Source: an uncultured Flavobacteriales bacterium | GTDB taxonomy: Bacteria; Bacteroidota; Bacteroidia; AKYH767-A; 2013-40CM-41-45 | Direction of reading: 5' to 3' | NCBI GenBank assembly: GCA_964544885.1 | Contig: CAZJDX010000004.1 | Span: forward strand, 33,407-97,406 | Length of the DNA stretch: 64,000 bases | In this document: in pieces, positions 19,920 through 28,140 of the stretch | Position numbering within the stretch: the stretch's first letter is position 1 | Layout of the letters: each line of letters opens with the position of its first letter | Notes under the pieces: generated by a model | Databases searched by the model: none | Told to the model about the DNA's origin: nothing | Seen by the model: only the letters and a program-made list of their open reading frames with translations | Made by a program: the position numbers and the translations under genes

Positions 19920-20339
19920 TCGTTTGATTTAAATAATTGCAAATTTACGCTTATTGAAGCCCTTTGTCTGTAGCTAAACGCTTGATTTTAATTTGTTGTT
20001 TCCTGAAAAGCTTGTCCTGATTATGACTACACCGTATTTAAATGATAAAAACCAGGCCGTAAAAAAGGTTTTAAAGGTTTGAGGCAGCTATGCGGAACAA
20101 GTATAACGTGTGTGCGAAGTTTGAGTGAGCAGCAGTTAACCTTCCTGTTCATTAACATTGAAACTCACACAAACCTTACACTAAACCAAAGGTCCTTGAT
20201 GGAAAGACAGGCGGCCTTTTTTGTTTTCTTTTGTTACATAGAGGTGAGTCAATAGCCCTTCTGTTTTTTCTTTCTCAAACTCAAACTAAGATAATAAGCG
20301 AAAATCAGATGCCTGATCCGGTGATTCCCGCTGAAAGCA

Positions 20340-20981
20340 TTATTCCAGCAAGTGATTGGATATGGCGTAATGAGTAAGTTCCGCGCTTGAACGCATACCC
20401 ATTTTATCCAGGATCCTCATTCTATAAGTGCTGATAGTATTGACACTGAGGTTCAGGATTTCGGCAATTTCGGTCACTGTTTTTCCGGACGCAATCAAAC
20501 GTAAGACATCAAACTCCCTGTCAGAAAGAACTTCATGCGGCATACCGTTGTGTCCTTTGTTAATGGAATGAAGCAGTTTCTCCGCAACCTTTGGATTGAT
20601 GTATTTATTCCCTTGTAAAATCTGCTGGATAGCTTTTACCAGTTCATCCGGCGCGCTTTCTTTTGTGAGATACCCGGCTGCACCGGATTTAAGTACCCTG
20701 ACCGCATAAAGATCTTCGGAATGTATGCTTAAAACCAATACCGGTGTGTCGGGTTTGTCGATCTTTAATTGCTTCAGTGTATCGAGTCCGTTTCTTCCGG
20801 GCATGGAAAGGTCAGTTATGATGATATCCCAATGACTGCTTCGGGCGGTCTGAAGTAATTCATTACCATTGCTTACCTCGGTAAATGCGGCATCAGGGTA
20901 TTCGTCGAGAAGGATCTGAATCAGTCCTTTTCTGACCACTGTATGATCATCCGCTATAAGTATTTTGATTCCTGATGACAT
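20340..20981 (-). CDS. NarL/FixJ (LuxR)-family two-component response regulator.
   Basis: Receiver (ILIADDHTVVRKGL...DLSMPGRNGLD) followed by a LuxR-type HTH (LSDREFDVLRLIASGKTVTEIAEILNLSVNTISTYRMRILDKMG). Confidence 0.9.
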   Translation of the reverse strand: MSSGIKILIADDHTVVRKGLIQILLDEYPDAAFTEVSNGNELLQTARSSHWDIIITDLSMPGRNGLDTLKQLKIDKPDTPVLVLSIHSEDLYAVRVLKSGAAGYLTKESAPDELVKAIQQILQGNKYINPKVAEKLLHSINKGHNGMPHEVLSDREFDVLRLIASGKTVTEIAEILNLSVNTISTYRMRILDKMGMRSSAELTHYAISNHLLE

Positions 20982-21196
20982 AATCCCTCAAAAACAGATT
21001 AAAAATGAAATGTACAGAATTGTTAATAAACATTTCTCAAGTCAATTGCTATAAATTTACAAAAAAATATTTTTTTTGCAAAATGTGCCCTGATTTAACT
21101 CAATAGAGTGTTTTTATAGATAAGAAATCCCGGGACAATGGGCTTTTGTTTGTGCAATTCTTGATGAATGTCATATTTAATTTTGAGGCAGGTCAT

Positions 21197-21226
21197 ATTG
21201 CGGTTTTTATCCCAGGCATAATTTTG
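21197..21226 (+). promoter_or_regulatory. Candidate Bacteroidota-type promoter for the cytochrome c-nosZ transcript.
   Basis: TAATTTTG at 21219-21226 fits the TAnnTTTG -7 motif, with a TTG at 21198-21200 about 18 bp upstream. This placement argues for the 21291 ATG rather than the 21231 ATG as the cytochrome c start. Confidence 0.3.
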
Positions 21227-21290
21227 AGCCATGAATTTAAATCTATATACAGTAAGAATTCTCCTTTATAAATCATTAAACACAAAAACC

Positions 21291-21815
21291 ATGAAAAAAA
21301 GTATGCATAAAGTATTCAATGGAGGAAGGGTATCACTGAGTCTGGTATTTTTATTCGGACTCTTCCTTTTTCAAAGCTGCGGGTCATCGGAACAGAACAC
21401 GGAAGCAACGGAATCAGAGAGTACTGAAGAAAGCGGAAATCTGATGAAGGACGCGGAAGAAATGGAATACGATGGAAAGGGATTCGGTCCGGTAAAAAGT
21501 GTTACACTAACGGAAACCATTGATGAAGCCCTTGCATCTGAAGGCCTGAAGCACTTTGAAGCAAAGTGTACTGCTTGTCACAAATTCGCTGAAGAGAAGT
21601 ATGTCGGACCTGGTCTGGTAGACATTACAAAGCGCCGTAAACCTGAATGGATCATGAATATGATCTTAAATCCGCAGGAGATGACGCAAAGAGATCCGAT
21701 CGCCAAAGAATTGTTCGCGACTTATCTGACTCAGATGACGAATCAGAACGTAACTGAACCGGAAGCCAGAAGTATTCTTGAATATTTCAGGAAGATGGAT
21801 TCTTCAGCCAATTAA
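21291..21815 (+). CDS. Mono-haem c-type cytochrome with a signal peptide; the likely electron donor to NosZ.
   Basis: Single CXXCH motif (CTACH) with a downstream Met-rich region. The signal peptide begins at MKKSMHKVF...LFLFQSCGSS. The longer ORF from 21231 adds a non-signal-like extension. Confidence 0.8.
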   Translation: MKKSMHKVFNGGRVSLSLVFLFGLFLFQSCGSSEQNTEATESESTEESGNLMKDAEEMEYDGKGFGPVKSVTLTETIDEALASEGLKHFEAKCTACHKFAEEKYVGPGLVDITKRRKPEWIMNMILNPQEMTQRDPIAKELFATYLTQMTNQNVTEPEARSILEYFRKMDSSAN

Positions 21816-21853
21816 TATATACAATCAACCATATTTTAAAACAGGAGGAACTT

Positions 21854-23818
21854 ATGAAACCTTTGACAATAAACAGATTATTATTCGCGGTGTTGGTGGC
21901 TGCCGCAATGTTACTCACTGCATGCGGTGGTGGAAAACAAAAAAAGCCAGTAAGTACCGGTGACGCAGCATCCAAAGTTTATGTTGCACCGGGGAAATTG
22001 GACACGTATTATCAGTTCCTTTCCGGTGGATTCAGCGGCCAGGTAAGTGTATACGGACTGCCCTCCGGAAGACTTTTGAGAATCATCCCCGTCTTTGCCG
22101 TTAATGCGGAGAATGGTTGGGGTTTCACCGAGGAAACCAAGCCAATGCTCGAAAGTACACATGGATTTGTTCCCTGGGATGATTCACACCATCCGGAATT
22201 GTCAATGACAGATGGTGTACCCGATGGAAGATGGTTATTTATTAATTCAAATAATACTCCGCGTATTGCCCGGATCAATCTCTCAACCTTCCGTACCGAA
22301 GAGATACTGGAAATTCCAAACAGCGGTGGTAATCATGCTTCTCCTTTCGCTACAGAAAATACGGAGTATGTGGTTGCCGGCACCCGATTCAGTGTTCCGA
22401 TCACGGGTAATAAAGATGTGCCGATCTCTACCTACAAAGAAAATTTCCAGGGGACTATTACATTCGTAAAAGTTGACAAGGAGCATGGTGATATGGATGT
22501 CGCATTTCAGATTCTGATGCCACCATTTGATTTTGACCTCAGTCATTGTGGTAAAGGCCCTTCTTCCGGCTGGTTCTTTTTCTCATGCTATAATTCTGAA
22601 AGAGCACACACACTTCTTGAAGCAAATGCATCACAGAATGACAAGGACTTCATTGTTGCTGTAGACTGGAAACTTGCCGAGAAGTATCTCGCCGAAGGAA
22701 AAGCGAAGGATTTCCCCGGTGAATATTACAGCAACCGTTATGATGATAACAAACACATGGCAACCACCACCATCCGTAAATCTACCAAGATGCTGGATCC
22801 CAAGGATTGTCCCGGAATGGTCTATTTGATGCCATGTCCAAAATCTCCTCATGGAGCGGATGTTGATCCGACCGGTGAATACATTGTCGGAGGAGGAAAA
22901 CTTGCTACCGTAATTCCTGTATTCTCTTTTTCTAAAATGAAAGCTGCCATTGAAGCAAAGGACTTCATAGGAGAAGTAGATGGATTACCCATTCTTAAGT
23001 ATGAATCAGTTATGGCCGGTGAAGTTCAGAAACCTGGTCTTGGACCTTTACATACTGAATTTGACGGCAAGGGTTATGCTTATACCTCAATGTTCGTCTC
23101 TTCCGAAGTTGTTAAGTGGAAACTGGGTACATGGGAAGTAGTTGACCGCATTCCGACATATTATTCCATTGGTCACCTTTCTATTCCGGGCGGCGACTCA
23201 AAAACTCCATGGCCAGAGTACCTACTTGCAATGAATAAGATCACCAAGGACCGTTACCTCTTAACCGGTCCGGAACTCAGTCAGAGCGCCCAGCTGATCG
23301 ATATCTCAGGTGAAAAGATGAAACTGTTGAGTGACTTTCCAACGGTGGGTGAACCACACTATGCACAGGGAATTCCTGCTGATCTGGTGATGAAGAATCA
23401 GGTGAAAGTGTTCAAACTGGAAGATAATGTTCATCCTTATGCCTGTAAATCAGAGAAGGATGCGCGTGTAGAAAGAAATGGAAAGACCGTGCATGTATAT
23501 ATGACAAGTATTCGTTCGCATTTCTATCCTGATAATATTGAAGGAATCAGAGTAGGTGATACGGTTTATTTCCACGTTACCAACCTGGAGCAGGACTGGG
23601 ATACACCACACGGATTCGCCATCAAAGGCTCAACCAATTCAGAATTGCTGATCATGCCGGGAGAAACTTCTACGTTGAAGTTTGTAGCAAAAACCGCTGA
23701 TATTTATCCATATTACTGTACCGATTTCTGCTCAGCGCTTCATCAGGAAATGCAAGGATACCTTAGAGTTTCGCCTGCCAACTCTAATGTCCCGATTTCA
23801 TATTCGACAGGCAAATAA
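21854..23818 (+). CDS. nosZ: Nitrous oxide reductase NosZ, clade II/Sec-type, predicted lipoprotein.
   Basis: 654 aa. The C-terminal CuA motif C-x2-F-C-x3-H-x2-M (CTDFCSALHQEM) is present. The Sec signal carries a lipobox LLTAC rather than a twin-arginine motif. A strong SD (AGGAGG) precedes the ATG. Confidence 0.95.
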   Translation: MKPLTINRLLFAVLVAAAMLLTACGGGKQKKPVSTGDAASKVYVAPGKLDTYYQFLSGGFSGQVSVYGLPSGRLLRIIPVFAVNAENGWGFTEETKPMLESTHGFVPWDDSHHPELSMTDGVPDGRWLFINSNNTPRIARINLSTFRTEEILEIPNSGGNHASPFATENTEYVVAGTRFSVPITGNKDVPISTYKENFQGTITFVKVDKEHGDMDVAFQILMPPFDFDLSHCGKGPSSGWFFFSCYNSERAHTLLEANASQNDKDFIVAVDWKLAEKYLAEGKAKDFPGEYYSNRYDDNKHMATTTIRKSTKMLDPKDCPGMVYLMPCPKSPHGADVDPTGEYIVGGGKLATVIPVFSFSKMKAAIEAKDFIGEVDGLPILKYESVMAGEVQKPGLGPLHTEFDGKGYAYTSMFVSSEVVKWKLGTWEVVDRIPTYYSIGHLSIPGGDSKTPWPEYLLAMNKITKDRYLLTGPELSQSAQLIDISGEKMKLLSDFPTVGEPHYAQGIPADLVMKNQVKVFKLEDNVHPYACKSEKDARVERNGKTVHVYMTSIRSHFYPDNIEGIRVGDTVYFHVTNLEQDWDTPHGFAIKGSTNSELLIMPGETSTLKFVAKTADIYPYYCTDFCSALHQEMQGYLRVSPANSNVPISYSTGK

Positions 23819-23833
23819 AGGAGAGAGAGCGAG

Positions 23834-23865
23834 CAGGGGGACATAGTTCCCCTGTTTGCTTTTTT
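23834..23865 (+). terminator. Rho-independent terminator/attenuator directly after nosZ.
   Basis: Perfect GC stem CAGGGG (23834-23839), 9-nt loop, CCCCTG (23849-23854), then TTTGCTTTTTT. Confidence 0.55.
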
Positions 23866-23954
23866 CAGAAATCCTGAATATTTTCAGGTATTGATCTTAG
23901 TGACTTACATTTCAACTCTCAATCTCAAGTTCCATCATTTGATTATCTTGAATC

Positions 23955-24560
23955 ATGAAAAAAAGATCTTCTCTGATTATCGCATTTGTTTCGCTGGCTA
24001 TGATTTCAAGCCTGTATCTTCCCTTATGGGACATAAGCCTTGATGCTCCTCAGTATCCGGAGGGCCTGATGATGCAGATATGGCTGGATAACCTTTCCGG
24101 TGACGTAAGCACAATTAGCGGACTCAATCACTACATTGGTATGAAACCGATAAGTGTGGACATGTTTCCGGAGTTCAGTTACATGAAGTACATAGTTATC
24201 GGAGTTATCATTTCCGGTTTAATAGTGGCAATTCTGCGCAAGAAATGGTTGTTTACAGCATGGTATATTGGCTTTTTAATCATCGCGGCACTGGGTGTTT
24301 ATGATTTTTGGTTGTGGGAATATGATTATGGACATAATCTCGATCCCAAGGCGGCGATCATCGTGCCTGGCATGAGTTATCAGCCGCCTCTTATTGGGTG
24401 CAAGGAGTTGTTGAATTTCTACGCTTGTTCTTTCCCGGCAACCGGAGGTTGGATTATTGCAGGTGCAGGAACCATTGCATTCCTGGTATTTCTGGACGAG
24501 ATCATTTTGAAGAAAAGAAAGCGTGGAAGTCGTGTAAATCTGGTCGTCAATGGTGCATAA
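23955..24560 (+). CDS. nos-cluster integral membrane protein (NosB-like, putative).
   Basis: 201 aa with about 4 predicted TM helices. Its position between nosZ and nosL matches the membrane-protein gene reported in atypical (clade II) nos clusters. Confidence 0.5.
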   Translation: MKKRSSLIIAFVSLAMISSLYLPLWDISLDAPQYPEGLMMQIWLDNLSGDVSTISGLNHYIGMKPISVDMFPEFSYMKYIVIGVIISGLIVAILRKKWLFTAWYIGFLIIAALGVYDFWLWEYDYGHNLDPKAAIIVPGMSYQPPLIGCKELLNFYACSFPATGGWIIAGAGTIAFLVFLDEIILKKRKRGSRVNLVVNGA

Positions 24561-25005
24561 AAGGATCAGTGGTTTTTATTTGCTCATTGCATTACTACTG
24601 ACGGTATTTTTAAGTTCTTGCAGCAGTGGTCCGGAGCCAATTATACCGGGTAAGGATATGTGTGTACTTTGTAAAATGCTTATCATGGATAAGCGTTTTG
24701 GTGCGGAATTGATCACTTCAAAAGGAAAGATTTATAAATTTGACAGCGTTGAATGTTTAATTTCATACCTTAAGGAAAATCCCAGGGAAGAGAATCCCGT
24801 GAAGGCGCTGTATGTTATCAATCATGCCCAGCCGGGCGAACTTATTGATGCTGAATCGGCCTTCTACCTGAAAAGTGAAAAACTTCCAAGTCCAATGGGA
24901 GGTAATTTAAGCGCTGTAAAAACAAAGGAAACTGTTGATACTTACTTTTCGGAATATGGCGGTGAGATCTGGACCTGGGAGCAAACACTCCAGGCTTTTC
25001 AGTAG
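24550..25005 (+). CDS. nosL: NosL copper-binding lipoprotein.
   Basis: Lipoprotein signal (LSSCSS), an M-C-x2-C-x-M motif (MCVLCKM), about 150 aa. Confidence 0.85.
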   Translation: MVHKRISGFYLLIALLLTVFLSSCSSGPEPIIPGKDMCVLCKMLIMDKRFGAELITSKGKIYKFDSVECLISYLKENPREENPVKALYVINHAQPGELIDAESAFYLKSEKLPSPMGGNLSAVKTKETVDTYFSEYGGEIWTWEQTLQAFQ

Positions 25006-26275
25006 TTACGTAACCTTATCCTATTTTAGTCTTGTCTTTTTTATTCTGGTAGTATTTTCCGGAGATTGTTCTGCAAAGCGTATTGAAGTCGGAGGAGCCT
25101 ATCCGCTGAAGTCAATACAAGAAGCGCTTTCTTTATGTGAAGATGGTGATTCTGTCATGGTTCATCCCGGGATCTACAAGGAAGGTGAACTGATCATTAA
25201 CAAGCGGATCCGGTTCATCGGAGTAGGCAAGCCTGTTTTGGATGGTGAATTGAAGCACGCACTCATTACCGTTCGTGCTGCCGGCACTCTTGTCTCAGGC
25301 TTTGAGATCAGGAATACGGGAACCAGTGACATACGTGAAGTGAGCGGAATACGTATTGATGAGGTTAATTTCTGCGTCGTGGAGAATAATCATTTTTATA
25401 ATAATTTCTTCGCAGTTTACCTTTCCAATGCGAGCTTCTGCCGGGTGGAGCATAACCGCATCGAAGGATTTGCCAGATCGGAAACCTCCTCAGGAAACGG
25501 GATTCACCTTTGGAAAGGATCAAATAATACCATACTAAGTAATCATATCAGCGGTCACCGCGACGGAATATATTTTGAATTCGTTAAGTTCAGTTCCATC
25601 ATTAATAATATCAGCGAGAAGAACCTGAGGTATGGATTGCATTTTATGTTTTCAGATGATGATATTTATAAATATAATATTTTCAGGGAAAATGGTTCAG
25701 GTGTAGCCGTGATGTATACAAGAAGAGTGATCATGGAGAATAATCGCTTTGAGTTTAACTGGGGAAGTGCAGCCTACGGACTCCTGCTGAAAGACATCTC
25801 ACACAGCTTTATCAGGAATAATCTGTTTATCAGGAATACAACCGGCTTATACATGGAGGGGACTAACTCGACAGTCATTGAGGAGAATGAATTTCTGAAG
25901 AATGGATGGGCTGTAAGATTGCTGGGAGACTGTTATGATGATACACTCCGGAGTAATAATTTCAAGTCGAATACCTTTGATATGGCCACAAATGCCCAGC
26001 GAAACATGAATCACATCCGTGGAAATTACTGGAATCAATACAGCGGCTACGACCTTGATAAGGACGGTACCGGAGATATTCCATTCCATCCTGTAAGTTT
26101 TTATTCCAAACTGACAGAGGAATCGCCTCATACTCTGATGATGTTACACAGTTTTTTTGTTGATTTGCTGAATCAGACCGAGAGAGTCGTGCCGACCATT
26201 ACTCCGGCGGAGTTCAGGGATGATGAACCAAAAATGAAACCAATCATTTATGATCAGGATAGAAAATCTGAGTAA
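24956..26275 (+). CDS. nosD: NosD periplasmic parallel beta-helix copper-maturation protein.
   Basis: Signal peptide, then repeated parallel beta-helix segments (...NNHFYNNFFAVYL..., ...SNHISGHRDGIYF..., ...NRFEFNWGSAAYGLLL...). The only in-frame ATGs are at 24935 and 24956, so nosD overlaps the nosL 3' end by 50-70 bp. Confidence 0.85.
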   Translation: MAVRSGPGSKHSRLFSSYVTLSYFSLVFFILVVFSGDCSAKRIEVGGAYPLKSIQEALSLCEDGDSVMVHPGIYKEGELIINKRIRFIGVGKPVLDGELKHALITVRAAGTLVSGFEIRNTGTSDIREVSGIRIDEVNFCVVENNHFYNNFFAVYLSNASFCRVEHNRIEGFARSETSSGNGIHLWKGSNNTILSNHISGHRDGIYFEFVKFSSIINNISEKNLRYGLHFMFSDDDIYKYNIFRENGSGVAVMYTRRVIMENNRFEFNWGSAAYGLLLKDISHSFIRNNLFIRNTTGLYMEGTNSTVIEENEFLKNGWAVRLLGDCYDDTLRSNNFKSNTFDMATNAQRNMNHIRGNYWNQYSGYDLDKDGTGDIPFHPVSFYSKLTEESPHTLMMLHSFFVDLLNQTERVVPTITPAEFRDDEPKMKPIIYDQDRKSE

Positions 26276-26963
26276 ATCATTCGGTAAGCTACAAGTACTG
26301 AAAGAAGTAAATCTGGAGTTTGGCTCAGGTGAAGTGATCTGCCTCATTGGTCCAAATGGTTCCGGAAAGACTACACTCATCAAAAGTTTTCTGGGACTGG
26401 TTATTCCCGATTCCGGGAAGATCTTTTTCCGCGACAAGAATATCCTTGCTACCTGGCACTACAGGAATGAAGTAGGGTATATGCCACAGATCGGAAGATT
26501 CCCCGAGCAGATGAAGGTGCGACAAGTGTTTCAGATGATGAAGGATCTTCGGGGTGAGGCAGCCGGTCTGGACGAAGATCTTCTCCACGTATTCTCGCTT
26601 GATGAGATCATGGAAAAACGCATGGGATTCCTCAGCGGTGGTACACGGCAGAAAGTGAGCGCCGCGCTGGCCTATTTGTTTAAACCATCAATTCTGGTCC
26701 TGGATGAACCGACCGCGGGACTTGATCCTATCTCATCAGAAAGATTAAAGTCTAAGATCCTGAGTGAAAGAGAAAAGGGTAAACTGACACTCATCACATC
26801 GCACAATATGACGGAAGTGGAAGAACTCGCCGACAAGGTGATATTTATTGTGGAGGGAAAAATTCAGTTCAACAAATCGGTGGAGCAGATCAAAGAGGAA
26901 GCTAAGGAAAACCGGCTCGGTAAGGCGCTGGCCTTGGTTATGGAGGACCATGTGCATGTTTAA
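26250..26963 (+). CDS. nosF: NosF ABC transporter ATP-binding protein.
   Basis: Walker A GPNGSGKTT, signature LSGGTRQK, Walker B ILVLDEP. Confidence 0.85.
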   Translation: MIRIENLSKSFGKLQVLKEVNLEFGSGEVICLIGPNGSGKTTLIKSFLGLVIPDSGKIFFRDKNILATWHYRNEVGYMPQIGRFPEQMKVRQVFQMMKDLRGEAAGLDEDLLHVFSLDEIMEKRMGFLSGGTRQKVSAALAYLFKPSILVLDEPTAGLDPISSERLKSKILSEREKGKLTLITSHNMTEVEELADKVIFIVEGKIQFNKSVEQIKEEAKENRLGKALALVMEDHVHV

Positions 26964-27723
26964 GGTTTTGAAATATACTTTGTATGATATTCTGCGAAAC
27001 AGAATGGTGATCGGCTATACGGTACTTCTCTTCGCTTTATGTTCCGGACTTTTCTACCTGGGTTCAGATTACGCGAGTACCCTTGTCGGTCTTCTCCATG
27101 TGATCCTGCTGGTAGTGCCGCTGATCTGTATAATCTTTGGAACCACGCATTTCTATAATTCCAGGGAGTTCATTGAGATGCTGCTTGCCCAACCTGTGAA
27201 CAGGAACAGTATTTTCTACGGAAAATACCTGGGTTTGTCAGGCTCTCTTTCGATCGCCCTGTTCATCGGATTGGGAATTCCACTTGTCCTTTGGCAACCA
27301 ACGGAACCGGGTTTTTATCTGCTTCTCGTTGGATTTCTTCTGACGCTGGTTTTTTCAGCGCTCGCCTTGCTTACTTCCATTCGTAGTGCAGACAAAGCCA
27401 AAGGAATTGGTTCTGCGTTGATGTTATGGTTTTATTTCGCGGTATTGTTCGACGGACTTGTGCTGCTGATCCTGCATTACTTCGATGATTATCCTCTTGA
27501 AGAGCTCGTACTGGTTCTGACAGCCCTTAATCCAATCGATATGGGCAGGGTCTTGATATTACTGAAGCTGGAGACTTCCGCCCTGATGGGATATACCGGC
27601 GCCTTATACCAGAAATTTTTCGGTTCCGGCGCCGGACAGTTGTATTCTTTCGTGGTTCTTGGCATCTGGGTTATGATCCCATTGCTCAGAGCAAGAAAAA
27701 TATTTTCCTCAAAGGACCTTTAA
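26954..27723 (+). CDS. nosY: NosY ABC-2-type permease.
   Basis: Six-TM permease that starts at MCMFKVLKYTLYDIL. The longer ORF from 26848 would overlap nosF by about 115 bp and is unlikely. Confidence 0.8.
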
Positions 27724-27757
27724 TATGGTATTGACAGTTTAAACCGGAACTGAAGCG

Positions 27758-28129
27758 ATGAAAGTTGGATGCGGTTTTTTATCTTCCCTGTTCGTTGTAT
27801 GGATCACGACTCAGCCGTCTTGTTCTCCTGCTGTTGAATCCGGGCAAAATGAAGAGGTCGTGTATGAAAATCTTGTAAGAGAGTTGCATCACCTGGAATG
27901 CGAACATATACGGAAGCAGAACCAGATTGTGGAAGATACAGGTGTTTATGCTTACCGTGCAGCGGCATTTCATGCCGTATTGAAAGATACTGACAGAAAT
28001 GCCTTGGTCAGGTACGAAGAGCTTCATCAGGCTCTGGCCAGGATAGAGTATGGAATGTCAGGTAAGGAGCATATACAATACTGTGATTTTCTGAATAAGG
28101 TATATGCTGAAGGTTGTGCCGGCAGATAA
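27758..28129 (+). CDS. Small secreted Cys/His-rich hypothetical protein, last gene of the nos cluster.
   Basis: 123 aa with a signal peptide, 5 Cys, and an HHLECEH cluster. It lies 35 bp after nosY on the same strand. Confidence 0.5.
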   Translation: MKVGCGFLSSLFVVWITTQPSCSPAVESGQNEEVVYENLVRELHHLECEHIRKQNQIVEDTGVYAYRAAAFHAVLKDTDRNALVRYEELHQALARIEYGMSGKEHIQYCDFLNKVYAEGCAGR

Positions 28130-28140
28130 TTTAGACCGTT

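Noticed and set aside
20190-20240. Putative rho-independent terminator (…GACAGGCGGCCTTTTTTG…) after the LuxR-RR gene.
   Set aside because: The U-tract is on the plus strand but the gene is on the minus strand, and I could not find a convincing complementary stem. It is kept only as part of the non-coding-island finding.
21100-21200. Possible FNR/CRP-type site (TTGATgaatGTCAT) in the nos promoter region.
   Set aside because: Only one half-site matches the TTGAT-N4-ATCAA consensus, so the call is not convincing without comparative data.
26848-26953. Upstream start of nosY, overlapping nosF by about 115 bp.
   Set aside because: The extension has no TM or signal character. The Met at 26954 begins the first TM helix and overlaps the nosF stop by only about 10 bp.
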